Below, in pieces: positions 1 through 9,956 of a stretch of 32,000 bases of DNA; positions within the stretch are counted from its first letter, which is position 1; each line of letters starts with the position of its first letter. The position numbers and the translations under genes were made by a program. The notes beneath the pieces are model-generated. The model saw only the letters and a program-made list of their open reading frames with translations. It was not told where the DNA came from and did not search any database. Source of the DNA: Mycolicibacterium smegmatis (GTDB taxonomy: Bacteria > Actinomycetota > Actinomycetes > Mycobacteriales > Mycobacteriaceae); contig NZ_LN831039.1 of assembly GCF_001457595.1 (NCBI RefSeq), positions 900,001 to 932,000 on the forward strand, read 5' to 3'.

Positions 1-686
1 CGGAACAGGTCGTAGGCGTATTCGAACGGCCTGCCCGTGTCGTCGCGGGTCACCCGCGTGATCGCCAGCAGCGGTTTGCGATGCGCGACATCGAGCCACT
101 GGGCCTCGCGGGGGCTGGCGCTGACCACCTCGATGGTCTCGGTCGTGGTGGCGGGTGTCAGACCGTAGCGCACCTGCAGCAGTTCGTAGAGCGACCCGCC
201 GAGCGGCTGTTCCAGCAGGTCGTTCATGCGTCCGGCGACGAAGCAGGCGAGGTCCACCGACAGGGGCACCCCGTCGGCGAACCGCAACCGCCGGATCGTG
301 AAAATGTCTGTGCCCAGGGGCACTTCGAGGGCCTCGGCCTCGATGGCGGTCGCGGGCCTGCGGTCGGTGCCCAGTACACGGCTGGTGCTGGTGTGCCCGC
401 CGCTGTGCAGGCGTGCGGGCAGACCGACCAGCTCGGCGGCATTGCGCTGCACCACGTCGGCCCGCACGAACGTGCCGCCGTTGCGGCCGGTGCGACGCTC
501 CAGCACACCGGCCTGGCTCAACGGCAGCAGGGCGCTGCGCAGGGTGGACCGCGACACCGCGAAGGTCTCCGCCATCTCGCGCTCGGTGCCCAGCCGCGAA
601 CCCGGACGCAGCATGCCCTGGGCCAGCATCGACAAAATCCGGCGGCGTACGTCTTCGGCCACCGGACCGCCCGACGTCTCCTCCAT
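1..686 (-). CDS. GntR/HutC-family transcriptional regulator (C-terminal end runs off the window)
   Basis: Missing from the ORF track because it is open at the window edge. The reverse complement from ATG (684-686) reads to base 1 with no stop: MEETSGGPVAEDVRRRILSMLAQGMLRPGSRLGTEREMAETFAVSRSTLRSALLPLSQAGVLERRTGRNGGTFV... This is a GntR winged-HTH followed by a UTRA-like effector domain (...RRLRFADGVPLSVDLACF...RPFEYAYDLF). It lies 9 nt downstream of the SDR stop on the same strand. Confidence 0.8.
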   Translation of the reverse strand, partial: MEETSGGPVAEDVRRRILSMLAQGMLRPGSRLGTEREMAETFAVSRSTLRSALLPLSQAGVLERRTGRNGGTFVRADVVQRNAAELVGLPARLHSGGHTSTSRVLGTDRRPATAIEAEALEVPLGTDIFTIRRLRFADGVPLSVDLACFVAGRMNDLLEQPLGGSLYELLQVRYGLTPATTTETIEVVSASPREAQWLDVAHRKPLLAITRVTRDDTGRPFEYAYDLF

Positions 687-694
687 GGCCGGTG

Positions 695-1471
695 CTACGT
701 CGCGATCGCGTCCAGGGACTCGGGCAGCACCTGTCCACCGTCGACGGCGATGGCCTGACCGGTGATGTAGCCGGCCTCCTTGGTGGCCAGGAACGCCGCG
801 AGGTGGCCGATGTCCTCCGGGGTGCCCAGCGCGCCCGCGGGGATGGAGCGCGCCATGCTCGCGATGTACTCCTCGCCGTTCTCCAGCAGACCCTCGGTCA
901 TGATGTTGCCGGGCATGATCGCGTTGACGGTGATCTTGTGCGTCGCCAATTCGATTGCGGCCGTGCGCATGAAGCCCAACTGCGCGGCCTTGGTGGCGCC
1001 GTAGTGCGACCAGCCGGGGTACCCGGTGATGGGACCGGTGATCGACGACGTCAGCACCACGCGCCCGCTGCCCGACGCGATCAGCGCGTCCAGGCAGGCC
1101 TGTACCGCGTAGAACGTGCCGTTGACGTTGACCGCGAAGATCCCGTTGAGCTGCTCGGGCGTCATGGTGGCCAGCGGCGCGTCGGGGAAGACGCCCGCGT
1201 TGGCGCACACGACGTCGATGCCACCGAACTCCTCAACGGCGCGCCCGGCGAGCGCATCGCACTGGGCGCGGTCGCTGACATCGGTCTGCACGCCGATGAC
1301 CTTGCCGGAACCCAACTGGTCGAGATCGGCCACACACGCGTCGATGTCGGCGGTCGAACGGCCCGCCACCGCCACATTGGCGCCGGCCCGCGCGAACACC
1401 GTGGCGATGCCGCGGCCGATGCCCTTGGTGCCGCCGGTGACCACCACTGAGCGGCCCTGCAGGTCGAACAT
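695..1471 (-). CDS. Short-chain dehydrogenase/reductase (FabG-like SDR)
   Basis: ORF 695..1771(-) trimmed to ATG 1471 ([23 protein letters not shown]...), with GGAG 4 nt upstream. It has the TGxxxGxG Rossmann motif and the catalytic YxxxK (SHYGATKAA). The alternative ATG at 1486 adds 5 aa. The longer N-terminal extension has no SDR-like sequence. Confidence 0.85.
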   Translation of the reverse strand: MFDLQGRSVVVTGGTKGIGRGIATVFARAGANVAVAGRSTADIDACVADLDQLGSGKVIGVQTDVSDRAQCDALAGRAVEEFGGIDVVCANAGVFPDAPLATMTPEQLNGIFAVNVNGTFYAVQACLDALIASGSGRVVLTSSITGPITGYPGWSHYGATKAAQLGFMRTAAIELATHKITVNAIMPGNIMTEGLLENGEEYIASMARSIPAGALGTPEDIGHLAAFLATKEAGYITGQAIAVDGGQVLPESLDAIAT

Positions 1472-1482
1472 GTTTCTCCTTG

Positions 1483-2520
1483 TCATGCTGTCGGGGTGAG
1501 GGGTGACGCAAAAACCGCGTCCTGTAGCCAGCTTTGGTCGCCGAGGTAACGCTCGGCCAGACGCGCGGTGCCGCGCGCATAGTCGGCGCCGACGGAGATC
1601 GCGGCGTCGGCGTCGGCGTGCGAGGCGATCCACGCCGTCAACTGCACACGACGCAGCATGACGAACGTCGGGATCAACGCCAGGTGCTCCTCGGACAGCA
1701 CCCGCACCGCCTGGTATCCGCGCAGCCAGTCGGCGATCATGGCGTCGGCCTCCGGGGTGTCCTCGAGCCACGACACCACAGCGGCCAGATCGGCCAGATG
1801 CCAGCCCCAGCCGCAGTCGTCGAAATCGATCACGGTGATGCCCGCGCCCGGCGAGGACGGGTCGACCATGAGGTTGGACAGCCGCAGGTCGGCATGGATG
1901 AGCCCGAACCGGTCCGAACCGGTGCCGAATTTGCTGATCCGCGAGGTGATCTCGGTCACGGCGCGCTCGATCGCCGCTGTGTCGCCCTTGGTGAGCGCCG
2001 GCGCGTCACGCCAGTTGCCCCAGCGGGCGTCGGGACCGAGGATCGCGTCGAGATCCCAACCGAACCGCGTGAACGACGCGGGCGCGGTCCAGCTCTGGGC
2101 GTGATCGTGCATGATCGCCGTCAACTCGCCGAGTTCGGCGAACCCCACGACGTCGGGCGCCTCCTCGGCCGTGCACCCAGGCACGAAGCTCACGGCGTCG
2201 ACGTAGAGGGTGCGGTCGCCGACGGTGGCCGCGACCACCTGATCGCCGCCTTGGGCTGCCACGAGTTCCGGTGTCCTGACAGTGGTTTCGCGTCGCAACG
2301 CGGCCATCCAGGCCAGTTCGGAGGTGATGCCTGCCACCGAGTGGTAGTCGGGGCGGTGCACGCGCAGCACCAATGGCTCGGTGTCACCGCCCGGCTCGCC
2401 GGCCAGATACGTCGCGTTCTCCGACAGGCTGAGCAAGCGCAGCGGGGTGTTCGGATCGCGCTGGTAGGCGCCCAGTGCGGCGCGCGCGAACAGTTCGTGG
2501 TCAGCTGGAAGTCCCGGCAT
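1483..2520 (-). CDS. APH-fold phosphotransferase (aminoglycoside/choline-kinase-like small-molecule kinase)
   Basis: ORF 1483..2727(-) trimmed to ATG 2520 ([20 protein letters not shown]...). It carries the catalytic loop [11 protein letters not shown] (HxDxxxxN) and the metal-binding VIDFDDCG motif of the APH/ChoK kinase fold. The upstream extension runs into the low-GC intergenic region. Confidence 0.8.
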   Translation of the reverse strand: MPGLPADHELFARAALGAYQRDPNTPLRLLSLSENATYLAGEPGGDTEPLVLRVHRPDYHSVAGITSELAWMAALRRETTVRTPELVAAQGGDQVVAATVGDRTLYVDAVSFVPGCTAEEAPDVVGFAELGELTAIMHDHAQSWTAPASFTRFGWDLDAILGPDARWGNWRDAPALTKGDTAAIERAVTEITSRISKFGTGSDRFGLIHADLRLSNLMVDPSSPGAGITVIDFDDCGWGWHLADLAAVVSWLEDTPEADAMIADWLRGYQAVRVLSEEHLALIPTFVMLRRVQLTAWIASHADADAAISVGADYARGTARLAERYLGDQSWLQDAVFASPLTPTA

Positions 2521-2714
2521 GTCGAAGAGTGTGGACCAAAAGCCGAACCAGAGCAGACCAAATCGAGAATTTTTACGCTGCCGTTGCATGGCTCCCAGCT
2601 TCGAAACATGTTTGCAACAAACCCGCATATGTACAGGTAATTCCAAGTTGACCAACGAATCTGGGCGCGGTAACAATTGCCAGCGTCGCAGCACAACGTC
2701 GTCGGCGACATTCT

Positions 2715-2760
2715 CAGACCAGACCAAAAAATGGTCCGGTAATTTCCCTGTTCAGGGACG
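2715..2760. promoter_or_regulatory. Candidate operator palindromes in the divergent kinase/permease promoter region
   Basis: The 254-bp low-GC intergenic region (2521-2774) contains the inverted repeat GACCA-A5-TGGTC (2722-2736), preceded by a direct AGACC/AGACC repeat. It also has a perfect TCCCTG-TT-CAGGGA palindrome (2745-2758) 16 nt before the permease ATG. GACCA/TGGTC resembles HutC-subfamily half-sites. No experimental support. Confidence 0.3.
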
Positions 2761-2774
2761 GATTAGGACCCTCA

Positions 2775-4352
2775 ATGAGCGAGATCATCGATCCGTCGGC
2801 GCCAGGAAAAGCGCCGAGCGGAAAGTCTTCAGAAGCCATCCAGCGCCTCAAACCCAATGCGGTGGGCCTGGTGGGCGTCATGTTCATGGCGGTGGCCACC
2901 GCCGCCCCCATCACCGCCATGGTCGGCAACGTCCCCATCGCGGTGGGCTTCGGCAACGGCGCGTACGCGCCCGCCGGTTACTTCGTCGCGACCATCGTGC
3001 TGACGCTGTTCGCCATCGGCTACGCCGCGATGAGCAAGCACATCACCGCGACCGGCGCGTTCTACGGCTACATCAGCCACGGTCTCGGCCGCATCGTCGG
3101 CCTGGGCGCCGGATTCCTGACGGCGTTGGCCTACATGGTCTTCGAGGCCTCGTTGATCGGCATCTTCTCGTTCTTCGGCAACGACCTGTTCAAATCGTTC
3201 TTCGATGTCGACGTGCCGTGGATCGTGTTCGCGGTGGTCATGCTCGCGGTCAACACGGTGCTGACCTACTTCGACATCAACCTCGCGGCCAAGGTGCTCG
3301 GGGTGTTCCTCATCACCGAGATCGTGATGCTGGCCCTGATGGCGCTGTCGGTGGTGTTCACCGGCGGTGGCCCGCAGGGTTGGTCACTCGGATCGCTCAA
3401 CCCGCTCAACGGTTTTCAGAGCCTCACCGGTGAGGTCGCGGGCACGGACGGCAGCATGATCGCCGTCGCCGGATCCGCCGGCGTGGGCCTGTTCTTCGCG
3501 TTCTGGTCCTGGGTGGGCTTCGAGTCGAGCGCCATGTACGGCGAGGAGTCGCGCAACCCCAAGAAGATCATCCCGATCGCGGTCGTCAGCTCGGTGATCG
3601 GTATCGGCGCGTTCTACGTCATCGTGTCGTGGTTGGCGATCGTCGGCACCGGTCCGCAGAATGCCATTGCCCTGGCACAGGATTCGGAGACCGCGGGCAA
3701 CATCTTCTTCAACCCCGTGCACGAGCACCTGGGGACCTGGGCGGTCGATCTGTTCAAGATCCTGCTGATGACGGGATCGTTCGCGTGCGGCATGGCGTTC
3801 CACAACTGCGCGGCCCGCTACCTCTACGCCATAGGCCGCGAGAATGTCGTCCCCGGTATGCGCAAGACCATCGGCGCGACCCACCCGGTGCACGGTTCGC
3901 CGTACATCGCCGGGTTCGTCCAGACCGCGTTCGCGGCCGTGGTGGTGCTGTTCTTCGACCTCAGCGGCCGTGATCCCTACACCGAGTTGTACGGGCTGAT
4001 GGCCCTGCTGGGCACCACTGCGATCATGATCGTGCAGGCGCTGGCGGCGTTCTCGGTGATCTCCTACTTCCATGTGCACAAGCGGCACCCGGAGACCGCC
4101 CATTGGTTCAAGACGTTCCTCGCGCCGCTTCTGGGCGGCACGGGCATGCTCTATGTGATCTACCTGCTGGCCAAGAACGCGTCGTTCGCCGCGGGCGATG
4201 CCGCGACCGACTGGATCTTCGCCGCGATCCCGTATGTTGTTGGCATCGTCGGAATCGGCGGAGTGCTGCTGGCGCTGTTCTTGAAGTTCAAGGACCCCAA
4301 CCGCTATGCCGAACTCGGCCGCACCGTGTTGCAGGAATCACACGAACGCTGA
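2775..4352 (+). CDS. APC-superfamily amino acid/amine permease
   Basis: 525-aa ORF with ATG at 2775. It has many hydrophobic helices (…GVMFMAVATAAPITAMVG…, …FFAFWSWVGFESSAMYGEESRNPKK…), typical of amino acid-polyamine-organocation transporters. Confidence 0.85.
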   Translation: MSEIIDPSAPGKAPSGKSSEAIQRLKPNAVGLVGVMFMAVATAAPITAMVGNVPIAVGFGNGAYAPAGYFVATIVLTLFAIGYAAMSKHITATGAFYGYISHGLGRIVGLGAGFLTALAYMVFEASLIGIFSFFGNDLFKSFFDVDVPWIVFAVVMLAVNTVLTYFDINLAAKVLGVFLITEIVMLALMALSVVFTGGGPQGWSLGSLNPLNGFQSLTGEVAGTDGSMIAVAGSAGVGLFFAFWSWVGFESSAMYGEESRNPKKIIPIAVVSSVIGIGAFYVIVSWLAIVGTGPQNAIALAQDSETAGNIFFNPVHEHLGTWAVDLFKILLMTGSFACGMAFHNCAARYLYAIGRENVVPGMRKTIGATHPVHGSPYIAGFVQTAFAAVVVLFFDLSGRDPYTELYGLMALLGTTAIMIVQALAAFSVISYFHVHKRHPETAHWFKTFLAPLLGGTGMLYVIYLLAKNASFAAGDAATDWIFAAIPYVVGIVGIGGVLLALFLKFKDPNRYAELGRTVLQESHER

Positions 4353-4409
4353 CAGAGGGTGCGGGCCGAGGTTGTGACAACTGACATGGGTACGAAAGGG
4401 GTTGGGAAC

Positions 4410-5732
4410 ATGAGGTTTTCCAACATCATGGATTCCAACAGCTACACGGGTGATCAGTCGATCGACCCGGGTACCGAGCAGTTGATCTCGGCCCGCACCC
4501 GGCTGCTCGGGCCGGCGTACCGGTTGTTCTACGAACGGCCGGTGCACCTGGTCCGCGGCCGCGGCAGCCACATGTTCGACGCCGACGGCGTGCGCTACCT
4601 CGACGCCTACAACAACGTCGTCAGCGTCGGGCACTGCCATCCTCACGTCGTGGCCCAGGTGACCCGGCAACTGGAAACCCTCAACACCCACACCCGCTAC
4701 CTGCACGACGGCATCGTCGCGTACTCGGAGCGGTTGCTGGCGACCATGCCCGACGAGGTCGACCAGGTGATGTACGCGTGCACGGGATCCGAGGCCAACG
4801 ATCTCGCGCTGCGCGTCGCGCAGATGTACACCGGCGCGCGCGGAGTGATCGTCACGCGTGACGCCTATCACGGCAATACCGAAGCGGTGACGGCGATTTC
4901 GCCGTCCATCGGCGGCGAGACGGTGACCGGGCCGCACGTGCGCACCGTCCCCGCGCCCGACAGCTACCGGGCGGGAGACGACGTGGCGGCGCGGTTCCGC
5001 GCCGACGTCGAGGCCGCCATCGCCGACCTGCAGCGCTGCGGCCACGGCGTCAGCGCTCTGATCGTCGACACCTTCTTCTCGTCGGACGGCATCTACCCGG
5101 ACACCTCGGTGCTCGCACCCGCCGTGGAAGCCGTGCGCGCTGCCGGCGGCGTCTTCATCGCCGACGAGGTGCAGCCCGGCTTCGGGCGCACCGGCGACGA
5201 CATGTGGGGTTTCGCGCGCCACAACGTGGTGCCCGACCTGGTGACCATGGGCAAACCGATGGCCAACGGGCTGCCGGTCGCCGCGATGGCCGCGCGCAGT
5301 GCCGTGCTGGAACCGTTCGCCGTCGGCGTGCCCTACTTCAACACCTTCGGCGGCAACCCCGTGTCGATGGCGGCGGCCGCCGCGGTGCTCGACGTCATCG
5401 AGAACGAGGAACTGGTGACCAGCGCGGCAACCGTCGGCGCCGCGCTGCGCCACGAGCTCACCCGCATCACCGCCGACCATCCGCACATCGGCGACGTCCG
5501 CGGCGCCGGGCTGTACGTCGGCGTCGAGTTGGTCGAGGACCGCGACGCCGCCACGCCGGACCGCACCCGCGCCCACGACCTGGTCAACGAGATGCGTGAT
5601 CGGCACGTCCTGATCTCGGTGTGCGGCACCTACGGCAACGTTCTCAAGATCAGGCCGCCGCTGGTGTTCTCGATGGCCGACGTCGACTGGTTCTGCACGG
5701 AGTTTGCGGGGGCGCTGGCACATCTGCCCTGA
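4410..5732 (+). CDS. Class-III (PLP) aminotransferase-fold enzyme, possibly a phospho-lyase
   Basis: ORF 4359..5732. Motifs: CTGSEANDLALR, IADEVQPGFGRTG, and the PLP-lysine region LVTMGKPMANG. The start is uncertain (GTG 4359, ATG 4386, ATG 4410, ATG 4428). ATG 4410 has AAAGGGG about 10 nt upstream. Confidence 0.85.
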   Translation: MRFSNIMDSNSYTGDQSIDPGTEQLISARTRLLGPAYRLFYERPVHLVRGRGSHMFDADGVRYLDAYNNVVSVGHCHPHVVAQVTRQLETLNTHTRYLHDGIVAYSERLLATMPDEVDQVMYACTGSEANDLALRVAQMYTGARGVIVTRDAYHGNTEAVTAISPSIGGETVTGPHVRTVPAPDSYRAGDDVAARFRADVEAAIADLQRCGHGVSALIVDTFFSSDGIYPDTSVLAPAVEAVRAAGGVFIADEVQPGFGRTGDDMWGFARHNVVPDLVTMGKPMANGLPVAAMAARSAVLEPFAVGVPYFNTFGGNPVSMAAAAAVLDVIENEELVTSAATVGAALRHELTRITADHPHIGDVRGAGLYVGVELVEDRDAATPDRTRAHDLVNEMRDRHVLISVCGTYGNVLKIRPPLVFSMADVDWFCTEFAGALAHLP

Positions 5733-5753
5733 CCAAGTGGGATGCTGTAGGTC

Positions 5754-7832
5754 GTGCCCGAGGGAGAAGCAGCCACCGCGATCTACATCGCCTCACCCGA
5801 GGGCGACACCGGTAAGTCGACGATCGCGCTGGGCATCCTGCACCGGTTGGCCGCGACCGTGCCCAAGGTCGGGGTGTTCCGCCCCATCACGCGGCTGGGC
5901 GAGGACCGCGACTACATCCTGGAGCTGCTACTGGCGGGAACCACCGCCGGGTTGCCCTACGAAGACTGCGTCGGCGTCAGCTACCAGCAGGTTCACGAGG
6001 ATCCCGACGCCGCGATCGCCGAGATCGTCGATCGGTACCACCGCGTCGCCGACCAGTGCGACGCGGTGCTGATCGTCGGCAGCGACTACACCGACATCGC
6101 CACCCCCAGCGAACTGAGCATGAACGCGCGCATCGCGGTCAACCTCGGCGCGCCCGTCGTCCTCGCCGTCAAGGCCGCCGACCGCACCCCCGACGAGGTG
6201 GTCCACGTCGTCGAGGTGTGCCTCGCCGAACTGGCCGGCCAGCACGCACACACCTCGGCCGTCGTCGCCAACCGCTGCGATCCGGCACAGTTGACGGCCG
6301 TGTCCGAGGCGCTGCGCCCGCTCGGACCGCCGGCCTACGTGCTGCCCGAGGAGCCGCTGTTGGTGGCGCCGTCGGTTGCTGAGCTGCAGAAAGCCGTCGA
6401 CGGCACGGTCGTGGCGGGCGATCCCGCGCTGCTCTCGCGCGAGGCGCTCGGCGTGCTGGTGGCCGGCATGACCGCCGAACACGTGCTGGAACGCCTCACC
6501 GAAGGCGTCGCCGTCGTCACCCCCGGTGACCGCTCCGACGTGGTGCTCGCGGTGGTCAGCGCCCACGCCGCCGAGGGCTTCCCGTCGCTGTCGACGATCA
6601 TCCTCAACGGCGGCCTCGACCTGCACCCGGCGATCGCCAAGCTGGTGGACGGGCTGGGCCTCAAGCTGCCGATCATCGCGACGCCGTACGGCACGTTCGA
6701 GACCGCGAGCCGTGTCGCATCCGCGCGCGGCCGGGTGACCTCGACGTCGCAGCGCAAGATCGACACCGCGCTGCAGATCATGGAACGTCACGTCGACATC
6801 GACGACCTGCTGGCACGGCTGCGGCTGCCGATCCCCGAGGTCACGACGCCGCAGATGTTCACCTACCAGCTGCTGGACCGGGCCCGCGCCGACCGCAAGC
6901 GCATCGTGCTGCCCGAAGGCGACGACGACCGCATCCTCAAGGCCGCAGGCCGGCTGCTGCGACGCGGCGTCGCCGACCTGACCATCCTCGGCGACGAGAG
7001 CCAGATCCGCTCGCGCGGTGCGGAACTCGGTGTCGACCTGACGAACGCCACCGTGCTCAATCCACGCACCAGCGACCTGTGCGACCAGTTCGCGCAGCAG
7101 TACGCCGAACTGCGCAAGCACAAGGGCATCACCGTCGACCAGGCCCGCGAGATCATCAACGACGTGTCCTACTTCGGCACCATGCTGGTGCACAACGACA
7201 TGGTCGACGGCATGGTCTCCGGCGCCGCCCACACCACCGCCCACACCGTGCGGCCCGCGTTCGAGATCATCAAGACCCTGCCGGATGTGTCCACCGTGTC
7301 CAGCATCTTCCTGATGTGCCTGCAGGATCGCGTACTCGCCTACGGCGACTGCGCGATCGTGCCCGACCCGACGGCTGAGGAGCTGGCCGACATCGCGATC
7401 TCGTCGGCGCGCACCGCAGCACAGTTCGGCATCGAACCCCGCGTGGCGATGCTGTCCTATTCGACCGGCACCTCAGGCACCGGGGCCGACGTCGACAAGG
7501 TCAGGGCGGCAACAGAACTGGTGCGTGAGAGGGACAAGACGTTGCTCGTGGAAGGGCCCATCCAGTACGACGCGGCGGTCGAACCGTCGGTGGCCAAGAC
7601 CAAGATGCCCGATTCGGAGGTGGCGGGGCGCGCGACCGTGTTGATCTTCCCCGACCTCAACACCGGCAACAACACGTACAAGGCCGTGCAACGCAGCGCG
7701 GGTGCCATCGCGATCGGCCCTGTGCTGCAAGGGCTCAACAAGCCCGTCAACGACCTGTCCCGAGGCGCGCTGGTGGAGGACATCGTCAACACCGTCGCCA
7801 TCACCGCGATCCAGGCGCAGGGCCGGTCGTGA
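5754..7832 (+). CDS. pta: Phosphate acetyltransferase (long form with N-terminal P-loop/DRTGG region)
   Basis: 692 aa. The N-terminus [20 protein letters not shown] matches the start of mycobacterial Pta. The C-terminal PTA_PTB domain is present (…[16 protein letters not shown]…, …[17 protein letters not shown]…). Same position as Rv0408. Confidence 0.95.
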   Translation: MPEGEAATAIYIASPEGDTGKSTIALGILHRLAATVPKVGVFRPITRLGEDRDYILELLLAGTTAGLPYEDCVGVSYQQVHEDPDAAIAEIVDRYHRVADQCDAVLIVGSDYTDIATPSELSMNARIAVNLGAPVVLAVKAADRTPDEVVHVVEVCLAELAGQHAHTSAVVANRCDPAQLTAVSEALRPLGPPAYVLPEEPLLVAPSVAELQKAVDGTVVAGDPALLSREALGVLVAGMTAEHVLERLTEGVAVVTPGDRSDVVLAVVSAHAAEGFPSLSTIILNGGLDLHPAIAKLVDGLGLKLPIIATPYGTFETASRVASARGRVTSTSQRKIDTALQIMERHVDIDDLLARLRLPIPEVTTPQMFTYQLLDRARADRKRIVLPEGDDDRILKAAGRLLRRGVADLTILGDESQIRSRGAELGVDLTNATVLNPRTSDLCDQFAQQYAELRKHKGITVDQAREIINDVSYFGTMLVHNDMVDGMVSGAAHTTAHTVRPAFEIIKTLPDVSTVSSIFLMCLQDRVLAYGDCAIVPDPTAEELADIAISSARTAAQFGIEPRVAMLSYSTGTSGTGADVDKVRAATELVRERDKTLLVEGPIQYDAAVEPSVAKTKMPDSEVAGRATVLIFPDLNTGNNTYKAVQRSAGAIAIGPVLQGLNKPVNDLSRGALVEDIVNTVAITAIQAQGRS

Positions 7833-8959
7833 CAGTACTCGTCGTCAACTCAGGGTCGTCGTCGCTGAAATACGCCGTGGTGCGGCCGGCCAGCGGGGAA
7901 TTCCTGGCCGACGGCATCATCGAGGAGATCGGGTCGGGCGCGGTGCCCGACCATGACGCCGCGTTGCGCGCCGCGTTCGACGAACTCGCCGCCGCGGGTC
8001 TCCATCTGGAAGACCTCGATCTGAAGGCCGTCGGGCACCGGATGGTCCACGGCGGCAAGACGTTCTACAAGCCGTCGGTGGTCGACGACGAGCTCATCGC
8101 CAAGGCGCGCGAACTCTCCCCGCTGGCGCCGCTGCACAACCCGCCCGCCATCAAGGGCATCGAGGTCGCGCGCAAGCTACTGCCGAACCTGCCGCACATC
8201 GCGGTGTTCGACACCGCGTTCTTCCACAACCTGCCCGCGGCGGCGTGCACCTACGCCATCGACCACGAGGTCGCCGAGAAGTGGCACGTCAAGCGGTACG
8301 GCTTCCACGGCACATCCCATGAATACGTCAGCCAGCAGGCCGCAATCTTCCTCGACCGACCGCTGGAATCGCTGAATCAGATTGTGCTGCACCTGGGTAA
8401 CGGTGCATCGGCCAGCGCGGTCGCGGGCGGCAAGGCCGTCGACACGTCGATGGGGCTCACGCCGATGGAGGGCCTGGTGATGGGTACCCGCAGCGGTGAC
8501 ATCGACCCCGGCGCGATCATGTACCTGTGGCGCGCCGCGGGGATGAGCGTCGAGGACATCGAGTCGATGCTCAACCGGCGCTCCGGCGTGCTCGGCCTCG
8601 GTGGCGCCAGCGACTTCCGCAAGCTCCGCGAGCTCATGGATTCCGGTGACACCCACGCGAAACTGGCCTACGACGTCTACATCCACCGACTGCGCAAGTA
8701 CATCGGCGCGTACATGGCCGTGCTCGGTACCACCGACGTCATCAGCTTCACCGCAGGCGTCGGCGAGAACGCCCCGTCGGTCCGCCATGACGCGCTCGCC
8801 GGGCTGAGCGGTCTGGGAATCGAGATCGACGACGAGCTGAACTCTGCGAAATCCGATGAGCCCCGCCGCATCTCGACCCCGGATTCGCGTGTGACCGTGC
8901 TCGTGGTGCCCACCAACGAGGAACTCGCGATCGCCCGTGCGTGTGTGGGCGTGGTGTAG
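7829..8959 (+). CDS. ackA: Acetate kinase
   Basis: 376 aa, starting [18 protein letters not shown] (acetate kinase signature 1), with …[12 protein letters not shown]… The GTG start overlaps the pta stop (GTGA at 7829-7832). Confidence 0.95.
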   Translation: MTVLVVNSGSSSLKYAVVRPASGEFLADGIIEEIGSGAVPDHDAALRAAFDELAAAGLHLEDLDLKAVGHRMVHGGKTFYKPSVVDDELIAKARELSPLAPLHNPPAIKGIEVARKLLPNLPHIAVFDTAFFHNLPAAACTYAIDHEVAEKWHVKRYGFHGTSHEYVSQQAAIFLDRPLESLNQIVLHLGNGASASAVAGGKAVDTSMGLTPMEGLVMGTRSGDIDPGAIMYLWRAAGMSVEDIESMLNRRSGVLGLGGASDFRKLRELMDSGDTHAKLAYDVYIHRLRKYIGAYMAVLGTTDVISFTAGVGENAPSVRHDALAGLSGLGIEIDDELNSAKSDEPRRISTPDSRVTVLVVPTNEELAIARACVGVV

Positions 8960-8970
8960 CTCGTTTTGCG

Positions 8971-9030
8971 TCGAGTGTGCGTGTGGGGCGGGTTTTCAGC
9001 TGGCTTTCCGCCGTGAGCGCACGCTGGATT
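8971..9030. repeat. Solo degenerate copy of the 82-bp ackA/pknG intergenic repeat
   Basis: tcgagtgtgcgtgtggggcggg (8971-8992) is identical to the first 22 nt of the units at 9957, 10039 and 10121. The next 37 nt or so are about 65% identical by hand alignment. It overlaps the 3' end and stop of the DUF559-like ORF. Confidence 0.6.
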
Positions 9031-9865
9031 GCCTGGCGGTCAACGCAGTCCGGATTCTGCGGAGGATTTCGGCGGTGCCGTCCTCGGCGACCACACGGAT
9101 CACGATCCAGCCGAGTTCAGCGAGCAGCTCGAGGCGCCGGATGTCCCTGACGTACTGCCGTCGATCGGTGCGGTGCTGATCTCCGTCGTACTCCACAGCG
9201 ACCATCCACTCCTCCCAACCCATGTCGAGATAGGCCAGCGGTGTACCGTCATCCGCCAACACCGGGATCTGGGTGGTGGGCTTGGGAAGCCCGTCACGGA
9301 CGATGAGCAGACGCAGCCAGGTTTCTTTCGGGGATTGTGCGCCGGCATCAACCAATGGCAGCGTCGCCTCCAGCCGACGCAGACCGCGTGCGCCGCGATG
9401 GCGGTTGGCGAGATCCGCGATGTCGGCGACCGTGCACCCCGTGGCTCGGAGCAGCGCGTCGAGGTGGGCGACTCCGCGATTCGTCGGCGAACGGCGTCCG
9501 ATGTCGAAAGCTGTTCTGGCAGAAGATGTCAGCAGCATCCCGCCGATGACGACCGTCTCGCCAGGGAGCAGGGTGTCGCGTCGGGTCGTGATGCCACGCG
9601 GTTGGCGCGGGTTGTCGTGGATGAGGTCAATGGGAATTGACGGGTCGATCCATTTGGCGCCGTGCAATGCCGCAGCGGCGGGCCCGGCGATGACAGCGCG
9701 GCGGCCGGACCACAGCCACGCGCCGACGGTCCGCTGCTCAAGTGTCGGCTCGGAGGTCTTGGGCACATACACATTGGGATACAGCGTTCTGAATCGCGTG
9801 CGCAGTTGATGGCGGTTCAATGTGCCGTCGGCAAGGGCTTCACTGCCGAGGAATGGTGCGGTCAT
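8996..9865 (-). CDS. DUF559/Vsr-like (PD-(D/E)xK-type) endonuclease-domain protein with N-terminal wHTH-like region
   Basis: 289 aa with ATG at 9865. The C-terminal part …LAYLDMGWEEWMVAVEYDGDQHRTDRRQYVRDIRRLELLAELGWIVIRV… is typical of the multi-copy actinobacterial DUF559 family. The last 12 codons or so are encoded by the repeat copy at 8971-9030. Confidence 0.75.
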   Translation of the reverse strand: MTAPFLGSEALADGTLNRHQLRTRFRTLYPNVYVPKTSEPTLEQRTVGAWLWSGRRAVIAGPAAAALHGAKWIDPSIPIDLIHDNPRQPRGITTRRDTLLPGETVVIGGMLLTSSARTAFDIGRRSPTNRGVAHLDALLRATGCTVADIADLANRHRGARGLRRLEATLPLVDAGAQSPKETWLRLLIVRDGLPKPTTQIPVLADDGTPLAYLDMGWEEWMVAVEYDGDQHRTDRRQYVRDIRRLELLAELGWIVIRVVAEDGTAEILRRIRTALTARQSSVRSRRKAS

Positions 9866-9956
9866 GGCCGCAGAATTGCAGCGCTTGCCGACACATCGCT
9901 GCGCGCGTGAGTGATTTATCCACAGCTCGGACGTTCATCCACAGGTGCACTATCTG

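Noticed and set aside
81-1450. Plus-strand ORFs 81..758, 226..765 and 413..1450.
   Set aside because: They are antisense to the GntR regulator and SDR genes, both of which have clear domain signatures. The products are Arg/Ala/Pro-rich.
4338-5723. Long antisense ORFs opposite well-supported genes. Examples: 4338..5723(-), 5928..7244(-), 16281..17246(-), 20764..22401(-), 25365..26285(-), 25736..26986(-), 27423..28532(-), and 11344..12468(+) opposite pknG.
   Set aside because: They are typical high-GC mirror ORFs. The products are Arg/Gly/His/Asp-rich and low complexity, with no recognisable motifs. The opposite strand encodes proteins with clear family signatures.
9916-9943. A perfect E. coli-type DnaA box, TTATCCACA (9916-9924), and a second, TCATCCACA (9935-9943), upstream of the DUF559 gene.
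   Set aside because: There are only two boxes, and they are far from dnaA-dnaN, where mycobacterial oriC lies. The mycobacterial consensus is TTGTCCACA-like. This is most likely chance or a local operator. It is not evidence for an origin.
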